A stretch of 64,000 nucleotides of DNA from Octopus vulgaris (lineage: Eukaryota). The translations under genes were made by a program, and so were the position numbers. The notes below the pieces were generated by a model. That model was not told where the DNA came from. It saw only the letters and a program-made list of their open reading frames with translations, and did no database searches. Below are positions 41,736 through 54,474 of the stretch, piece after piece (position 1 is the first letter of the stretch; every line of letters begins with the position of its first letter). The stretch is taken from assembly GCA_951406725.2 (NCBI GenBank), contig OX597838.1:41106001-41170000 (forward strand), written 5' to 3'.

Positions 41736-42312
41736 AGGTCCTTCGCTAAGCCCTTAGAATCCCTGTGGCCGCAGGGGGCCTCTGCAGTTCAGGGGCCCTA
41801 TGTGAAGATCAAAGTACATACATGAATCATCTATTTATTTTGGCTAAGATGTTGAACAAGAATTAAACTGTTAACTGAAAATTTTAAGAAATAAAATGGT
41901 AATACATTGTACCTGCAAAAGTTCTTGTAAAAATATTACATTGTACCATGGATGTGTACCAGACTGGATTATTTGATATCTATTGGACACGGACTTAGCT
42001 CTCAGCTTGATTATTCTGAACTGATCAATGATTTTGCGAAGCGAAAAGTGCACTGTGTTTGTCTTTGAAAGTTGCCTGGGTTATAAAAGTGCTCTTTTAT
42101 TTATATCTGGAAGTTTTGCTTATTGAAATTTGTAATAGACCTAAATAAACTTAACTTGTACTTTTAAAAATGTTCTTTAGAATAACATGAAATATTGAAG
42201 TTATGATGGAATAAAGAAAAATATAGCTATGAATAAAAAGTCTGTCGATTAGGATGGGTCCTTGAAGCAAAGTTACGGCGGGGTGGGGAGCTCTAAAAGT
42301 CACATGGAGCTG
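41736..42312 (+). mobile_element. Decayed hAT (Tip100/ZMYM1-like) deletion derivative with transposase C-terminal remnant
   Basis: 41976-42050 translates ISIGHGLSSQLDYSELINDFAKRKV, like the hAT dimerization-domain C-terminus. GGGCCC-rich subterminal motifs. No TSD found. Confidence 0.55.
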
Positions 42313-42493
42313 AAGCAAAGATGCAATACCTGAAGGTGCAGGGAAGAGATGGCCTTGGATAGAATGCTTTTGATCATGTATATGCTCAAATATATATATA
42401 TATTAGCTTGGAACTGATCAACAACTGACAGAAGACAGAATATCAATCTAATTTCAAAGAACTTTCAAAGATTTTGGTATCTCAGGATTGCAT

Positions 42494-42890
42494 CTCTTTA
42501 CTCTTTTACTCTTTTACTTGTTTCAGTCATTTGACTGCGGCCATGCTGGAGCACCGCCTTTAATCGAGCAACTCGACCCCGGGACTTATTCTTTTGTAAG
42601 CCCAGTACTTATTCTATCAGTCTCTTTTGCCGAACTGCTAAGTAACGGGGACGTAAACACACCAGCGTCGGTTGTCAAGCAATGCTAGGGGGACAAACGC
42701 AGACACACACACACACACACATATATACGACAGGCTTCTTTCAGTTTCCGTCTACCAAATCCACTCACAAGGCATTGGTTGGCCTGGGGCTATAGCAGAA
42801 GACACTTGCCCAAGATGCCACACAGTGGGACTGAACCCGGAACCATGTGGTTGGTAAGCAAGCTACTTACCACACAGCCACTCCTGCGCC
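42494..42890 (-). mobile_element. SINE family A
   Basis: Full-length reverse copy. Confidence 0.85.
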
Positions 42891-43287
42891 TAATATAACA
42901 TCTATTCATGTTATATTATGACTCGCTTTATTTTTGGATCTATATGTTGTGAGTATATCCTGAACATCTTCATCCCCAGCTGATCCGTGTATCATTTTCA
43001 ATTTATAACCGATGCATAGGTCTTGCCGTGAATGATATTTTCATTTAATGTCTGCTTTTGACGCTGGCATGGGTTGCACAGTTTGATAGGATCCAGCAAG
43101 ATACAGGGTGCTCCAAGCTCCAGCGTCAGCTCAGCTTTGACATGGTTTCTATAGCTGGATGCCCTTCTTAAGGTTATCCACTTTACAGTGTCTACAGAGT
43201 GCTTTATTCGTGCCAAGCAATTTTCAAGGCAGAAAAGATTGCTGGGGCAAAGAGTGGAGGTACAAAGACTCCATCACCACCACATAC

Positions 43288-43318
<31 letters not shown>

Positions 43319-44389
43319 CAACAAAGTGAGGGAAGTGGTATTTCAGAGGGAGAAGTGGTTTTATGCCAGGTGTTGAAAGGCTAAAGTACAATAAAGGGGA
43401 AAATAGGTGTCTTGCTGAAGAGGAGATACATGGCCATCCCACATCTTAGGGTGGGTGGTCATGTGAAGACCATAACATTGCATCTGAATCTGTCAATATA
43501 TCACAACATAGCAAATTGAGTTTCTCTACATATGTTCTAAAAATTCTTAGACCTAACTGTCAAAAGTAATTAGTATCTATATTAGTATTTCTGAAGAACA
43601 AGTTTAAATTAATGCACACACAAGGAGACAGAGGTGCATACATATACAAACACATGCTCACACACACATACATACATATGCATACATACACATACATACG
43701 TCCATGCATGCATGTATAGGCACACACACACTGATCCACACACATGCGCACAAACAAACAAAAGGGAACGCAGTGTGAATAACGGACAGTCAAAACTATT
43801 GAAAAGGTTGCAAGACGCAATGAAAATGTTAGGAAAATAAAAATAAGAAATAAGTGAAAATTTTACCGGTGAGTGTGTTAAATAATAAGGCACTAAAAGA
43901 GAATGACTCTCCCCAGACACAACAGAAGTTTAAATTAAGTTATGGTTATACTTGTATTTAACACATGTAGCAGTTAATATCAACAAGCATGGCTGCTTTA
44001 CAACCACATATGTTTAGAATAAATCTCAACACATGGCATTTTTAAACAAATGTTTTCAACTATAACTTTGGGCTGACCAGTGTGAGAGAATTTGGTGAAT
44101 GAAAACTGTACAGAAACCTGTTTGTTTGTTTCTCACTATTTTACAATCAATATTGATTTGTATTTGTTTGAAGCTCTGTGATTCAGCAGAAAGTCTGATA
44201 GAATGAGTACCGAAATACTAGTGATTCCTCTGTATTGTTAGACTTTTTTGTTGATACACAAAGCTTTTCTCTTGCTCTCCATGATCCCACTTAGCTCTGA
44301 TACTCCCATTTGTAATTAGGCTTATGTTTTTCATACCTTGAATAAAAAAGCATGCAGCATATATATATCCAAACCATCCAAACGTGGCA

Positions 44390-45000
44390 CATGACCTGCT
44401 GTGCCTGAGACCTATTGAGTCAAGTACATCAAAATAAATATCAAATGGAAATAGTAGTTGCGATACCTGTGCCAGTGGCACGTAAAAAGCACCATCCGAA
44501 CGTGGCCAATGCCAGCGCCGCCTTGACTGGCTTCTGTGCTGGTGGCACGTAAAAAGCACCAACCAATCGTGGCTGCTGCCAGCCTCCTCTGGCACCTGTG
44601 CCGGTGGCACATAAAAAGCACCAACCAATCGTGGCTGCTGCCAGCCTCCCCTGGCACGTAAAAAGCACCAACCAATCATGGCTGCTGCCAGCCTCCCCTG
44701 GCACCTGTGCCGGTGGCACATAAAAAGCACCAACCAATCGTGGCTGCTGCCAGCCTCCCCTGGCACCTGTGCCGGTGGCACGTAAAAAGCACCAACCAAT
44801 CATGGCTGCTGCCAGCCTCCCCTGGCACGTAAAAAGCACCCACTACACTCACGGAGTGGTTGGCGTTAGGAAGGGCATCCAGCTGTAGAAACACTGCCAG
44901 ATCAGACTGGAGCCTGGTGCAGCCTCCTGGCTTCCCAGACCCCGGTTGAAAGCCGTGTTAGCATGGAAAACAGACGTTAAACGATGATGATGATGATGAT
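44390..45000 (+). mobile_element. 3'UTR of the same RTE family with expanded tandem repeat and (GAT)n tail
   Basis: Shares AGGAAGGGCATCCAGC...AAACGATGATGAT with the 54908 element. Confidence 0.8.
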
Positions 45001-45054
45001 ATATAGACAGTGTGAACCATAAGACTAGTTTTTAGTACCTTGACCTGTTTGGGT

Positions 45055-45282
45055 TTAACCCTTTTGTTACTGTATTTATTTTGAGATGCTCTGTGTTTGT
45101 TTCAATTACTTTAAATATAACAAAGAATTTAGTAAAATAACTTAGTTATCATTAAGCTAGTGTCAGGAACATTAATTGTGACTAAGGTTTGGTGGCAAAT
45201 TTTAGTTCAAAACTTATGAAAACAAGACATTAGTACTCAGAGCTAGAGCCGGTTTTGGCCGGGTTAGTAATGAAAGGGTTAA
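45055..45282. mobile_element. piggyBac-type MITE family F
   Basis: TTAA TSD and TIRs. Confidence 0.85.
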
Positions 45283-45313
45283 AGGACAAAACTGTGTCAT
45301 TGTGACTGCTTTA

Positions 45314-45875
45314 TCTATATACTACTAAAACTGATTCCTTGCTTTCTTGCATGCTTGCTTGTCTGTAATTTAATACAGCCAAACTGGTGCATAATGGGAA
45401 AAATATTCCGAAAGAAAGGTACCCCTGAAATGTGAATACAAACAAAACAAGTTTCGCTTAAATTGGACCATGGATTCCTGAGACGTTTTTTTTTTGGTGG
45501 TGGTGGTGGGGTACCTTAAAAATAGCCAAAGTAGCACATAATGGAAAATACTCTGAAATAGGAATAAATAATATTGTAAAAATTGTTTCCATTAAGTTTG
45601 TTTATGTTCCATAACCATTCCTTTTACATTTTGTTGAAGTGTGCACATATCCCATAAATAAATGCTGTTACTGGAGTTCATCCCAGAAGTTCTATTTCTG
45701 TTAGTTGCTATAAATAAGCGATAAAACCTTAAATATGAACATGATGACATGAATGAAATAAAATATTTAACGGAATCATCATAAAATTAACTTTCATTTC
45801 AGTGCCATGTTGAAATCAGCTTCACTGTTTTCTAAACTGAACCAACAGTGACCCAATAGGTCACGGGCAGTCTGG
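45314..45875 (+). mobile_element. Different non-autonomous Helitron
   Basis: A|TCTATATACTACTAAAA start, GTGACC-caata-GGTCAC hairpin, CTGG|T end (CTRR). Confidence 0.65.
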
Positions 45876-45967
45876 TATTTCAGTAAAAGTTACGAGTAGT
45901 CATTAGGGAAAAAACGTATAAAATCAAAAAGTTGGTTTTATTAAAAAAAAAAAAAGTTAGGTACATA

Positions 45968-46094
45968 GGCGCAGGAGTGGCTGTGTGGTAAGTAGCTTGC
46001 TTACCAACCACATGGTTCTGGGTTCAGTCCCATTGCGTGGCTGACCAAAGCCTTGTGAGTGGATTTGGTAGACGGAAACTGAAAGAAGCCCATC

Positions 46095-46140
<46 letters not shown>

Positions 46141-46350
46141 ATGTATGTTTGTGTGTCTGTTTGTCTTCCCAACATCGCTTGACAACCGATGCTGGTGTGT
46201 TTACATCCCCCGTAACTTAGCGGTTCGGCAAAAGAGATCTATAGAATAAGTACTCAGCTTACAAAGGATAAGTCCTGGGGTTGATTTGCTCGACTATAGG
46301 TGGTGCTCCAGCATGGCCACAGTCAAATGACTGAAACAAGTAAAAGAGTA
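45968..46350 (+). mobile_element. SINE family A with a short internal deletion
   Basis: Lacks the CACCTTGGGCAAG...CTCGGG segment. Confidence 0.85.
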
Positions 46351-47104
46351 TAGTCTTTATTAAATGCTGTTATAGAATAAGTTTGGTATTTCTATCAGAC
46401 TCTCTTGCTGAACCACTAAGTTATGGGGACATCAAAAATATAAATCCCAAATTTACTAACCTTTTCTTTATAGAAACAGATGCTTCTTCATAGATCTTAA
46501 ATCTGATTTTTAGTAGGAGGAAAAAAAAAATTGTTGAAATCTGTGAAATTAGAAAATTTAATGTGTTATATTACATTTTGCTTTGAAAGTCTGTACATTT
46601 TTCACTGTTTCCAAAGCCCTGCACTTTGCTAGCAACGATGCTGTAAATGTTGGATTAGTAGCTTACTGTAAGCTTAAATCTTCAGCGTTCATATTACTCT
46701 GTCAAATGTAAAACACCTTTATTCATACTGTTTTGAATTAATCATGCATTATCTTGTAGCTTTGAGATTTCAGTGGTGTGATTGTTTCGAATGATATTGT
46801 CAGGTGTGAAAGGCTAGATGTGGCCAGTTTGAACTTAAAACAGGTAGAATATTTGGGCTAAAGGGTTACGCTAGTAGCATGTAAACTGGCCATATCCTAT
46901 CCTACAATGTCATTTTAAGAATAATCACATCATTGAAATCTCAAGACTACGAGATAATGCATGGTGAATTCTAAAACAATATGAATATAAATAAGCCTTA
47001 CATTTGACAATAATCAGAATGCTAAAAGGTTAAACCTGTTGTGATGGTGGCGCTATGAACCAGGGCTGCAGATTCTAGAGATAAAAAAAAGAAAAAAAAC
47101 TATT

Positions 47105-47265
47105 GGCGCAGGAGTGGCTGTGTGGTAAGTAGCTTGCTTACCAACCATATGGTTCCGGGTTCAGTCCCACTGTATGGCACCTTGGGCAAGTGTCTTCTGC
47201 TATAGCCTCGGGCTGACAAAGCCTTGTGAGTGGATTTGGTAGACGGAAACTGAAAGAAGCCTGTC

Positions 47266-47310
<45 letters not shown>

Positions 47311-47426
47311 TGTGTATGTGTTTGTGTGTCTGTGTTTGTCCTCCTAGCATTGCTTGACAACCGATGCTGGTGTGTTTATGTCCCCGTTACTTAGCGGTTC
47401 GGCAAATGAGCCCGATAGAATAAGTA
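47105..47426 (+). mobile_element. SINE family A, 3'-truncated
   Basis: Similarity ends at GATAGAATAAGTA. Confidence 0.8.
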
Positions 47427-48075
47427 ATGTAATCGTTAATGTGGTATTCACTTCAGTTTTGTATTTAAAATGTTTTAGCTTCAAAAAGGCAGGGTTACAT
47501 ACCTAATTGGTTTCATTTCTATTAAACTGGTCATTTCAGTTGTATTAGGTGTTAAGAATATACCACAGTGACAGCTCTAACCTTTACATCATAACAGGTT
47601 AGGGTGTTAAAAAATCTGTTCATTCACACGGGCCTGTGTATTATGTACTTTCAATCAAAATAGATGCTTAATTGTTTAGCATTCCGTTTTTTTTTTTTTT
47701 TTTTTTCTGTACAAGCATGAGTTGGGCAGTTTAACGGGAACCAGTAAGCAAGGGAACTTCTGAGCACTGATTCTGCCAGGGTTGATTTTGCTTGTAGTCT
47801 TGTTTGGGGGCAGTGTTATAAAAAAGACAAAAAAATTACTGGTCAAGTACCTGAGGTGATAATATTGAATATGCACTTCCCTTGACTTTGAATTTGAGTG
47901 CCTGTGTTTGAAATCACCTCAAGGCGTGGGGGGTGGTGGGGTCACTGCCAAAATATCCTGCATTCTTTAGTTAGCAATGGTTTGGCGTTTATATTATATT
48001 AAATGTAATACTTATTTGTTCACATTGTTTTGAATTAATGCCGCATTATCTCATAGCATTGAGAGTTCAATGATG

Positions 48076-48415
48076 TCATCATCGTTTAATGTCCGTTTTC
48101 CATGCTAGCATGGGTTGGACAGTTCAACTGGGGTCTGGGAAGCCAGGAGGCTGCACCAGGCCCAGTCTGATCTGGCAGTGTTTCTACAGCTGGATGCCCT
48201 TCCTAACGCCAACCACTCCGAGAGTGTAGTGGGTGCTTTTTATGTGCCACTTGCACGGGGGCCAGACGAGGCTGGCAACGGCCACAATCGGATGGTGCTT
48301 TTTCGTGCCACCGGCACGGAGGCCAGTTGGGGCGGTGCTGGCAACGGCCATGTTCGGACGGTTCTCTTACATGCCACCGGCACTGGTATCTCAGCTACAA
48401 TTTCCATTGATGTTG
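48076..48415 (-). mobile_element. RTE 3'UTR fragment inserted in a family-G MITE
   Basis: Collinear with 54908-55375. Confidence 0.8.
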
Positions 48416-50856
48416 AAAGATGTGATTGTTTATTTTGAGAATGACCATGTGAGGTAGGTGTGATAGGCCAAATCTGGCCATTTTGAACATAAAAAATAGA
48501 ATATTTGAACCAAATGTGGCTGGTTTAAATGCTGAAGGGTGAATAAAGATTTGGTAGTCAGCATCGTCACCAGGAACCAACATCTGTTGCTCAGGTTACG
48601 ACTAATAGCCTGTTCAGAGCTGTCAAGGAATGTTTTTGTTTCAGAGTCTGTTTAACATAACATTGCATCTGAATCTGTCAATATATCACAACATAGCAAA
48701 TTGAGTTTCTCTACATATGTTCTAAAAATGCTTAGAATGCACTAATCACCCATCACTGTTTGTGACACACAGCTGGTTTCTTATGAGATTGAAAAACAAA
48801 AAAAAAAAACTCTCCCTTTTTATGGTTTAAATCTAATTATAGAAATGTTTCAAATTTTTTTAGGATTATTCTTTTTAAGTTTTTCAAGTTTGAAAATAGG
48901 TAAAAAAAAAAGAAAATGTCCGCAGTGTTTGTATAATCTGAAATCATCTGATATGAAGCTGAAATTGAAATTAAAACTTAATTTTAATTTAGTTAATTCA
49001 GAATATAATTTTAATCTCATCATTAATATAAAAATGGCGGTGAACTGGCAGTCATTTTCACGACAGTCAAAACGCTTAGCATTTTGTCCATTTTCACATT
49101 CTGAGTTCAAATTCTGGCATGGTCATCTTTGTTTTTTTTCCTTTTCTTTTCTTTTTTTTGGGGGGGGGGACAATAAAATGAGTATCGGTTGAGCACTGGG
49201 GTCAATGTAATTGACTCGCACCCCCTCCTGAACTTGCTGGCCCTGTGCTTTATGAAAATGTGAGCTGGCTGAATTGTTAGCACATCTAAGAAAATGCTTC
49301 ACAGCTCTTATTCTGGCTCTTTGCGTTCGGTGTTCAACCACCATTGCCAAGATTAACTTTGCCTTTATCTAGCTGAGGTCGAAATAAAATACTAGCCAAG
49401 TACTGGGACCGATGGAATTGACATATCCTCTTCCCTTTAAAATTGCTGGCCATGTGCCTGTATTAGAAACTACAAATATTATTATTAAGGAAGTGAGCTG
49501 GCAAAAATCAGTGCATCAGACAAAATCCTTAGCATTTTTTCAGGCTCTTTATATTGTGGGTTCAAGTTCTGTTGAGGCTAACTTTCTTTCATTCCTCCAG
49601 GGTTGATAACAAAGTACCAGTCAAGTACAGCACAAAACAATTTCATTGTAACTTTTGAATGATGCTACCTTGCTGGCTCGGCAGGCAGACATTATCCCTG
49701 AACAGAATGCTAGTCTGTCACACGGTTACTCATTTACTGCTGAATAGACTGGAGCAATATGAAATATTGTCAAGAACATAGCACATTGCCACATCTAGGA
49801 ATTGAAACCATGATCTTGTGATTGTGAGTGCAACACCCTCACCACTAGGCCACACATCTTCATTGTATTGATATCTAATCTTAATATGGCTATCACTGTG
49901 GGTGTTATTGGTGCATTGTGAAGTCTGCAGATTGGTAACAACTGGTGTTGATGTGCTTGATATGGTGTTTGATAATGTAGAGGTAATCTAGATGATCCCT
50001 GTTGAAGAGAAATATGAAAGGTGCAGGCTCCAATCTTGAACTCTGCCAGATCAAGATTGGAGCCTGGTGCAGCCATCTGGTTCGCCAGCCCTCAGTCAAA
50101 ATCGTCCAACCCATGCTAGCATGGAAAGCGGATGTTAAACGGTGATGAAGTCATTCCTTAAAAGTAAAATTGTTGTTGGTGCTTAGGTTTATGTATTTTT
50201 CTGCTCCTTGTGCAGGTCAAACAATTGGTGGCTCAAACAGAAATCAAATAGTTATCTTTGTTGTCATACTGTCAATGTCCATTTTCCATGTTGGCATGGG
50301 CTACTTATTTGGACAGGATCTAATTAACCTGAGGATTGCATTGGTTTCCATTGTCTCCTTTGGCATGGTTTCTACAGATGGGTGCTCATCAACTGCTTTA
50401 TAGTGTGCACTGGGTACTTTTTCCAGGACTCCTGCCAGCACCAATGAGGCTTAGCATGTAACATTGCCAGGCAAGGTTACTTGACAGTGAAGGAGCAACA
50501 TTGAGGGAGGTTTACATTGTGCCAAGTATAGAGAAGTTAGAAGGAAAGAAACGGGTATTTTGCTGTAATGGGTATCCTTGCAGAAAAAGGAGGAAGTATG
50601 GTTGAGATGAAAATATAATTTGAAATTAAGTTGAAAAATGGCACTAAATGTGTTATTTCTTGACTGACTTTCATCTCAAAATTTCAGATAAAGTCATTTG
50701 TCAGAAAACAAATCTGTTTTAATGTTACTTTTGATGTTCTGAATATTTTTACCTTTTTTTTTTTCTTAAATTATTCAATTAAAAAATTTATTTAAAAGCA
50801 AAAGTAAAATAGCATTTGTCTAATGACCTTTTATGTATATTAAACTATTTCTTTAG

Positions 50857-51002
50857 CTCTGATGGTGTGTGGGACCCAGAAAAATGGTTCAAGGCTTTCA
50901 TTGCTTCACCTGAGGGGTCGCCCCTTACAATCAGTGATGGTCGAGAACGACGGCGACCTTTGGAGATTGATAGAGAATTTATCTTCCGCCGTCGCTTGTC
51001 GG
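50857..51002 (+). CDS. EIF4ENIF1: 4E-T coding exon 3: (T)SDGVWDPEKWFKAFIASPEGSP...FIFRRRLS
   Basis: tttag| and |gtaagt, phase 2 to 1. SDGVWDPEKW matches the conserved 4E-T non-canonical eIF4E-binding segment. Confidence 0.95.
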
Positions 51003-51577
51003 GTAAGTTTTTAGAATCTTTTTTTATCATCTGTGTGCATTTTATTTACAATGCTAGCATGGCTGGTAGTTTTAGGAATTGTGTGTATTTTAGGATATTT
51101 GCATATTGCCAGTTCTTAAATTACTGAAATCCTTGCAGTTTTAAACCTCTTGGCTTTGAAATAGTAGTGGTAACAGTTATTGAGCAGATAAAACAAGCTT
51201 TGTATAGTAGAGTATCCAGTGGCCAGAGCAAGGTCTGGATTTATGATCACATTGGTCAGTCTCTTTGACCTCATGGTTTATATTTGTCTTCTAAGCAAAA
51301 CAATTTTTGTGTGACTGTAATTTCCATTCCATATTTCAACACTTTCACCAAAGACATAATTGGTTTAGACCAAGTCTTATTTTCTAGAATTTCTCTGGAG
51401 ATCCAACTTTTTTAAAAAATTTCATCGCTGATCTGTTAGCACTGGTTGGATACTAACTCCACAACTGTGGATTTGGAGTGGAACTTTTTTTTGTTGTGCT
51501 GATGCAAAAACATTTATGTACTCAGCCCAAGGGCACAAGACTATGACTTAAGTATGAATTGTGGCCAGTAGTTCAAG

Positions 51578-51985
51578 CGGATCTTTTTGGTTTGAACAGC
51601 AGTTTTTTCTAGCGGTGTCATTATGAAATTGTCACCCATAATTATGACCCTAGAATCGATCTATTGCATTTCAATCTCTTTTAGGGTTAGTTAGGGGTGG
51701 GGGAAGGGTATCTTTTTTCTTCACAAATGTAAATAAACCCAATCTGTTTCTTAAACGAGGAACATATTCATACGGCACAGAATGCTTTTTAACTCAATAG
51801 ACGTCATTGATTGGTTGAAATTGAAGAAAAAGAAACAACAAATATCTTACAAACTATAGAATTTTCTCAATAAAGCCAAGAGAAAAAGATGTTTTATAAA
51901 CACATTCTACCAGTATAGAAAGTTTAAAATTTTTTAGTTACCTAGAAATTATGTTAAAAACTGCCGTTCAAACCGAAAAGATCCG
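51578..51985. mobile_element. Same MITE
   Basis: Perfect TSD TTCAAG at 51572 and 51986. Confidence 0.88.
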
Positions 51986-52357
51986 TTCAAGCAACATTGT
52001 GTGGCTTTGATATTAAAATCTCTGAGATGTTTTGTTACCATATTTTATGGCTTACTAGTCGAATTTTTCAGACCAAAATTTACAGCCCCACAAAAAACAA
52101 AACAAAATAAAGCTAGGTCAGTTTATACACCAAGATGACTTAGGACAAAAAATTCCATGTGAAATGCATAATTCAGCAACTCTTAGGAAAATCTAGACTA
52201 ATTTCAGTAACTATGCTAATATGCAAAAATGAAAAAAAAAACAAAAAAACTCCAAAAATGTATTATTTCTATCTTAAGACTTGGGTAGTCATCTGTTTGA
52301 CTTCTTGACAGTAATGAGGACTTTCTTTTTCTTTTTTTTTTTTTGTTGTTGTTGCAG

Positions 52358-52496
52358 ACCCCAAGGAGCGTTTGAGGGATGATTGTATAGTGTTAAGCCC
52401 TCAACGTAGAAGCTTTGGAACAGGGTGCCATGTAACACTTTCGGGCATCGGGAGACAAGTTAGTTGTCCTCCTGATTTCAAAGAGTCAGCTCAAAG
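52358..52496 (+). CDS. EIF4ENIF1: 4E-T coding exon 4: (D)PKERLRDDCIVLSPQRRSFGTGCHVT...KESAQ
   Basis: Long poly-T tract plus gcag|, donor AG|gtaatc, phase 1 to 2. Matches human DPRERVKEDDLDVVLSPQRRSFGGGCHVT. Confidence 0.95.
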
Positions 52497-52881
52497 GTAA
52501 TCCTTTCATATGTATTTTTGACATGTCAATTGAAGTGAACTTGGAAGCCTCTGTAAGTCTTTCAGCCTTACTAGAAACAGCAGCATAATCTCCTTCAAAT
52601 CACAACCTACTGTTACCCCCCCCCCCCACAAGTTTGGATGTTGAAATACTAGATATATCCTCATTGTTGAACATTCACTTTTCCATTCCTGTGCGGAGTA
52701 GATGGAATTAGTTGGGGTTAATTTTCAATGGCTGGATGCCCCTCCTGCCACCAGTCCTCACCTATCTCCAGACAAGGTAATGTTTCCCCATGATCGGATG
52801 TGTTTTTCACAGAAGGCTAGAAACAAACATCACTTACGATGGTGATTGTTTACATCCATACATATCAAGGCACGGACAACC

Positions 52882-53110
52882 TATTTCTTTACTACCCACA
52901 AGGGGCTAAACACAGAGGGGACAAACAAGGACAGACAAATGGATTAAGTCGATTATATCGACCCCAGTGCGTAACTGGTACTTTTTTAATCGACCCCAAA
53001 AGGATGAAAGGCAAAGTTGATCTAGGCGGAATTTGAACTCACAACGTAACGGCGGACGAATTACCGCTAAGCATTTCGCCCGGTGTGCTAACGACGCTGC
53101 CAGTTCGTCG
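52882..53110 (-). mobile_element. SINE family B
   Basis: Flanked by CAAGGCACGGACAACC (52866) and CAAGACATGGACAACC (53111), a 14/16 TSD. Confidence 0.8.
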
Positions 53111-53129
53111 CAAGACATGGACAACCGAC

Positions 53130-53453
53130 TGGCACTCCATCGGTTATGATAAGGGTTCTAGTTGACCCAATTAATAGAACAGCCTGCTCATGAAATTAAC
53201 TTGTCAGTGGTTAAGCACTCTGCAGACATGCGTACCCTTAACATAGTTCTTAGGGATATTCAGCGTGACACACAATGTGACAAGGCTAGCACACCCGTGA
53301 ATTACAGGTACAACTCATTTTTGCCAGCTGAGTGGATTGGAGCAACGTGAAATAAAGTGTCCTGCTCAAGGACACAATGTGCTGCCTGGAATTGAACTTG
53401 CAGCCATCCGATTGTGAGCCAAATATCCTTAACCACTAAGCCATGTGCCTTCA
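53130..53453 (-). mobile_element. SINE with family-C head and the tail shared with the 37603 element
   Basis: Head GAAGGCACATGGCTTAGTGG...GACACTTTATTTCACGTTGCTCC. Tail includes CAGCCTGCTCRTGAAATTAA. Confidence 0.75.
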
Positions 53454-54350
53454 CTAGACAAGGATGAACACATCATGAGCATCTTTCACTTTGTCTGCCA
53501 AATCTACTCAAGGCTTTTGGTTAGTTTGGAGCTGTAGTAGAAGACACTTGCCTAAGGTACCATGCAGTGGAACTGAACCTGAGACCATATAGTTGGAAAG
53601 CAAGCTTCTTAACCACACAACCATGTCTACAATTTGTCTGGATTTAATTTTTGGTAATAGCAATTTTTATTGAATTACAGGGCATTTTTGACAGATACTT
53701 GTACTCCTAATGTAATTCTTAGGCCAAATTGGAGATACAGTCTGAAACAGATACAGTCTGGATTACAGATGTGGCCCATCTGATGGGCTTTTTCAATTTC
53801 TCTTAATTTTGACTCCCATCTCTTGAGTCAAACTCAGGCTATGGCTTAAAGAAAAAGAAAGTTGCCCTAGGTGCTATATAATAGGATCGATCCTTTGATT
53901 TCATGACTGCAAAAGAAACTTAACCACGCAGCCATTTCATCATGATTCAGGAAATGGATGTTGGTAGGCATGGTTTTGTGGTTAAAAAGTTTGCTTCTCG
54001 CTTATGTAGTCCTTTGTCTAATTCTACTTTGCGACACTTTGGGTAAGTGTCTTTTACAAGTAGCCATGGGTTGGTCAGTACCTTTGAGAGTAAAATTGGT
54101 AAATGACCTTACAATGTCATTTTAACAATAATCACATCATTGAAATCTCGGTGGTATGAGATAATGCATGATTACTCATCCAAAATAGTGTGACTAAATA
54201 AGCTTTACAATAATTCAACAGTAATCTGTATGTTTAAAGGGTTAAATTTAGACTTGGTTATTGAATATCTTTCAGCTTTTTTCTTTTTTCTTTGGCATTA
54301 TCCTTCATTTTTTACAATTTTTTTTTTTTGCTTGTTTTCCTTTTCTGTAG

Positions 54351-54474
54351 AGAGCGAACTCGAAGAATTGGGAGTGGCCGAATTCAACTCGAGAAGGATT
54401 ACAACTGTAGATACGATAACTTTGAAAGGAACGATAGTGGTCGTGGTGATAACTTTAGGAACAACTATGATCGG
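54351..54474 (+). CDS. EIF4ENIF1: 4E-T coding exon 5: (R)ERTRRIGSGRIQLEKDY...NNYDR
   Basis: ctgtag| and |gtatgg, phase 2 to 0. Conserved RRIGSGRI motif. Confidence 0.92.

Noticed and set aside
44460-44840. CRISPR-like array of palindromic repeats (also 55060-55340)
   Set aside because: The spacers are copies of one another, there are no cas genes, the context is a eukaryotic intron, and the array belongs to an RTE 3'UTR.
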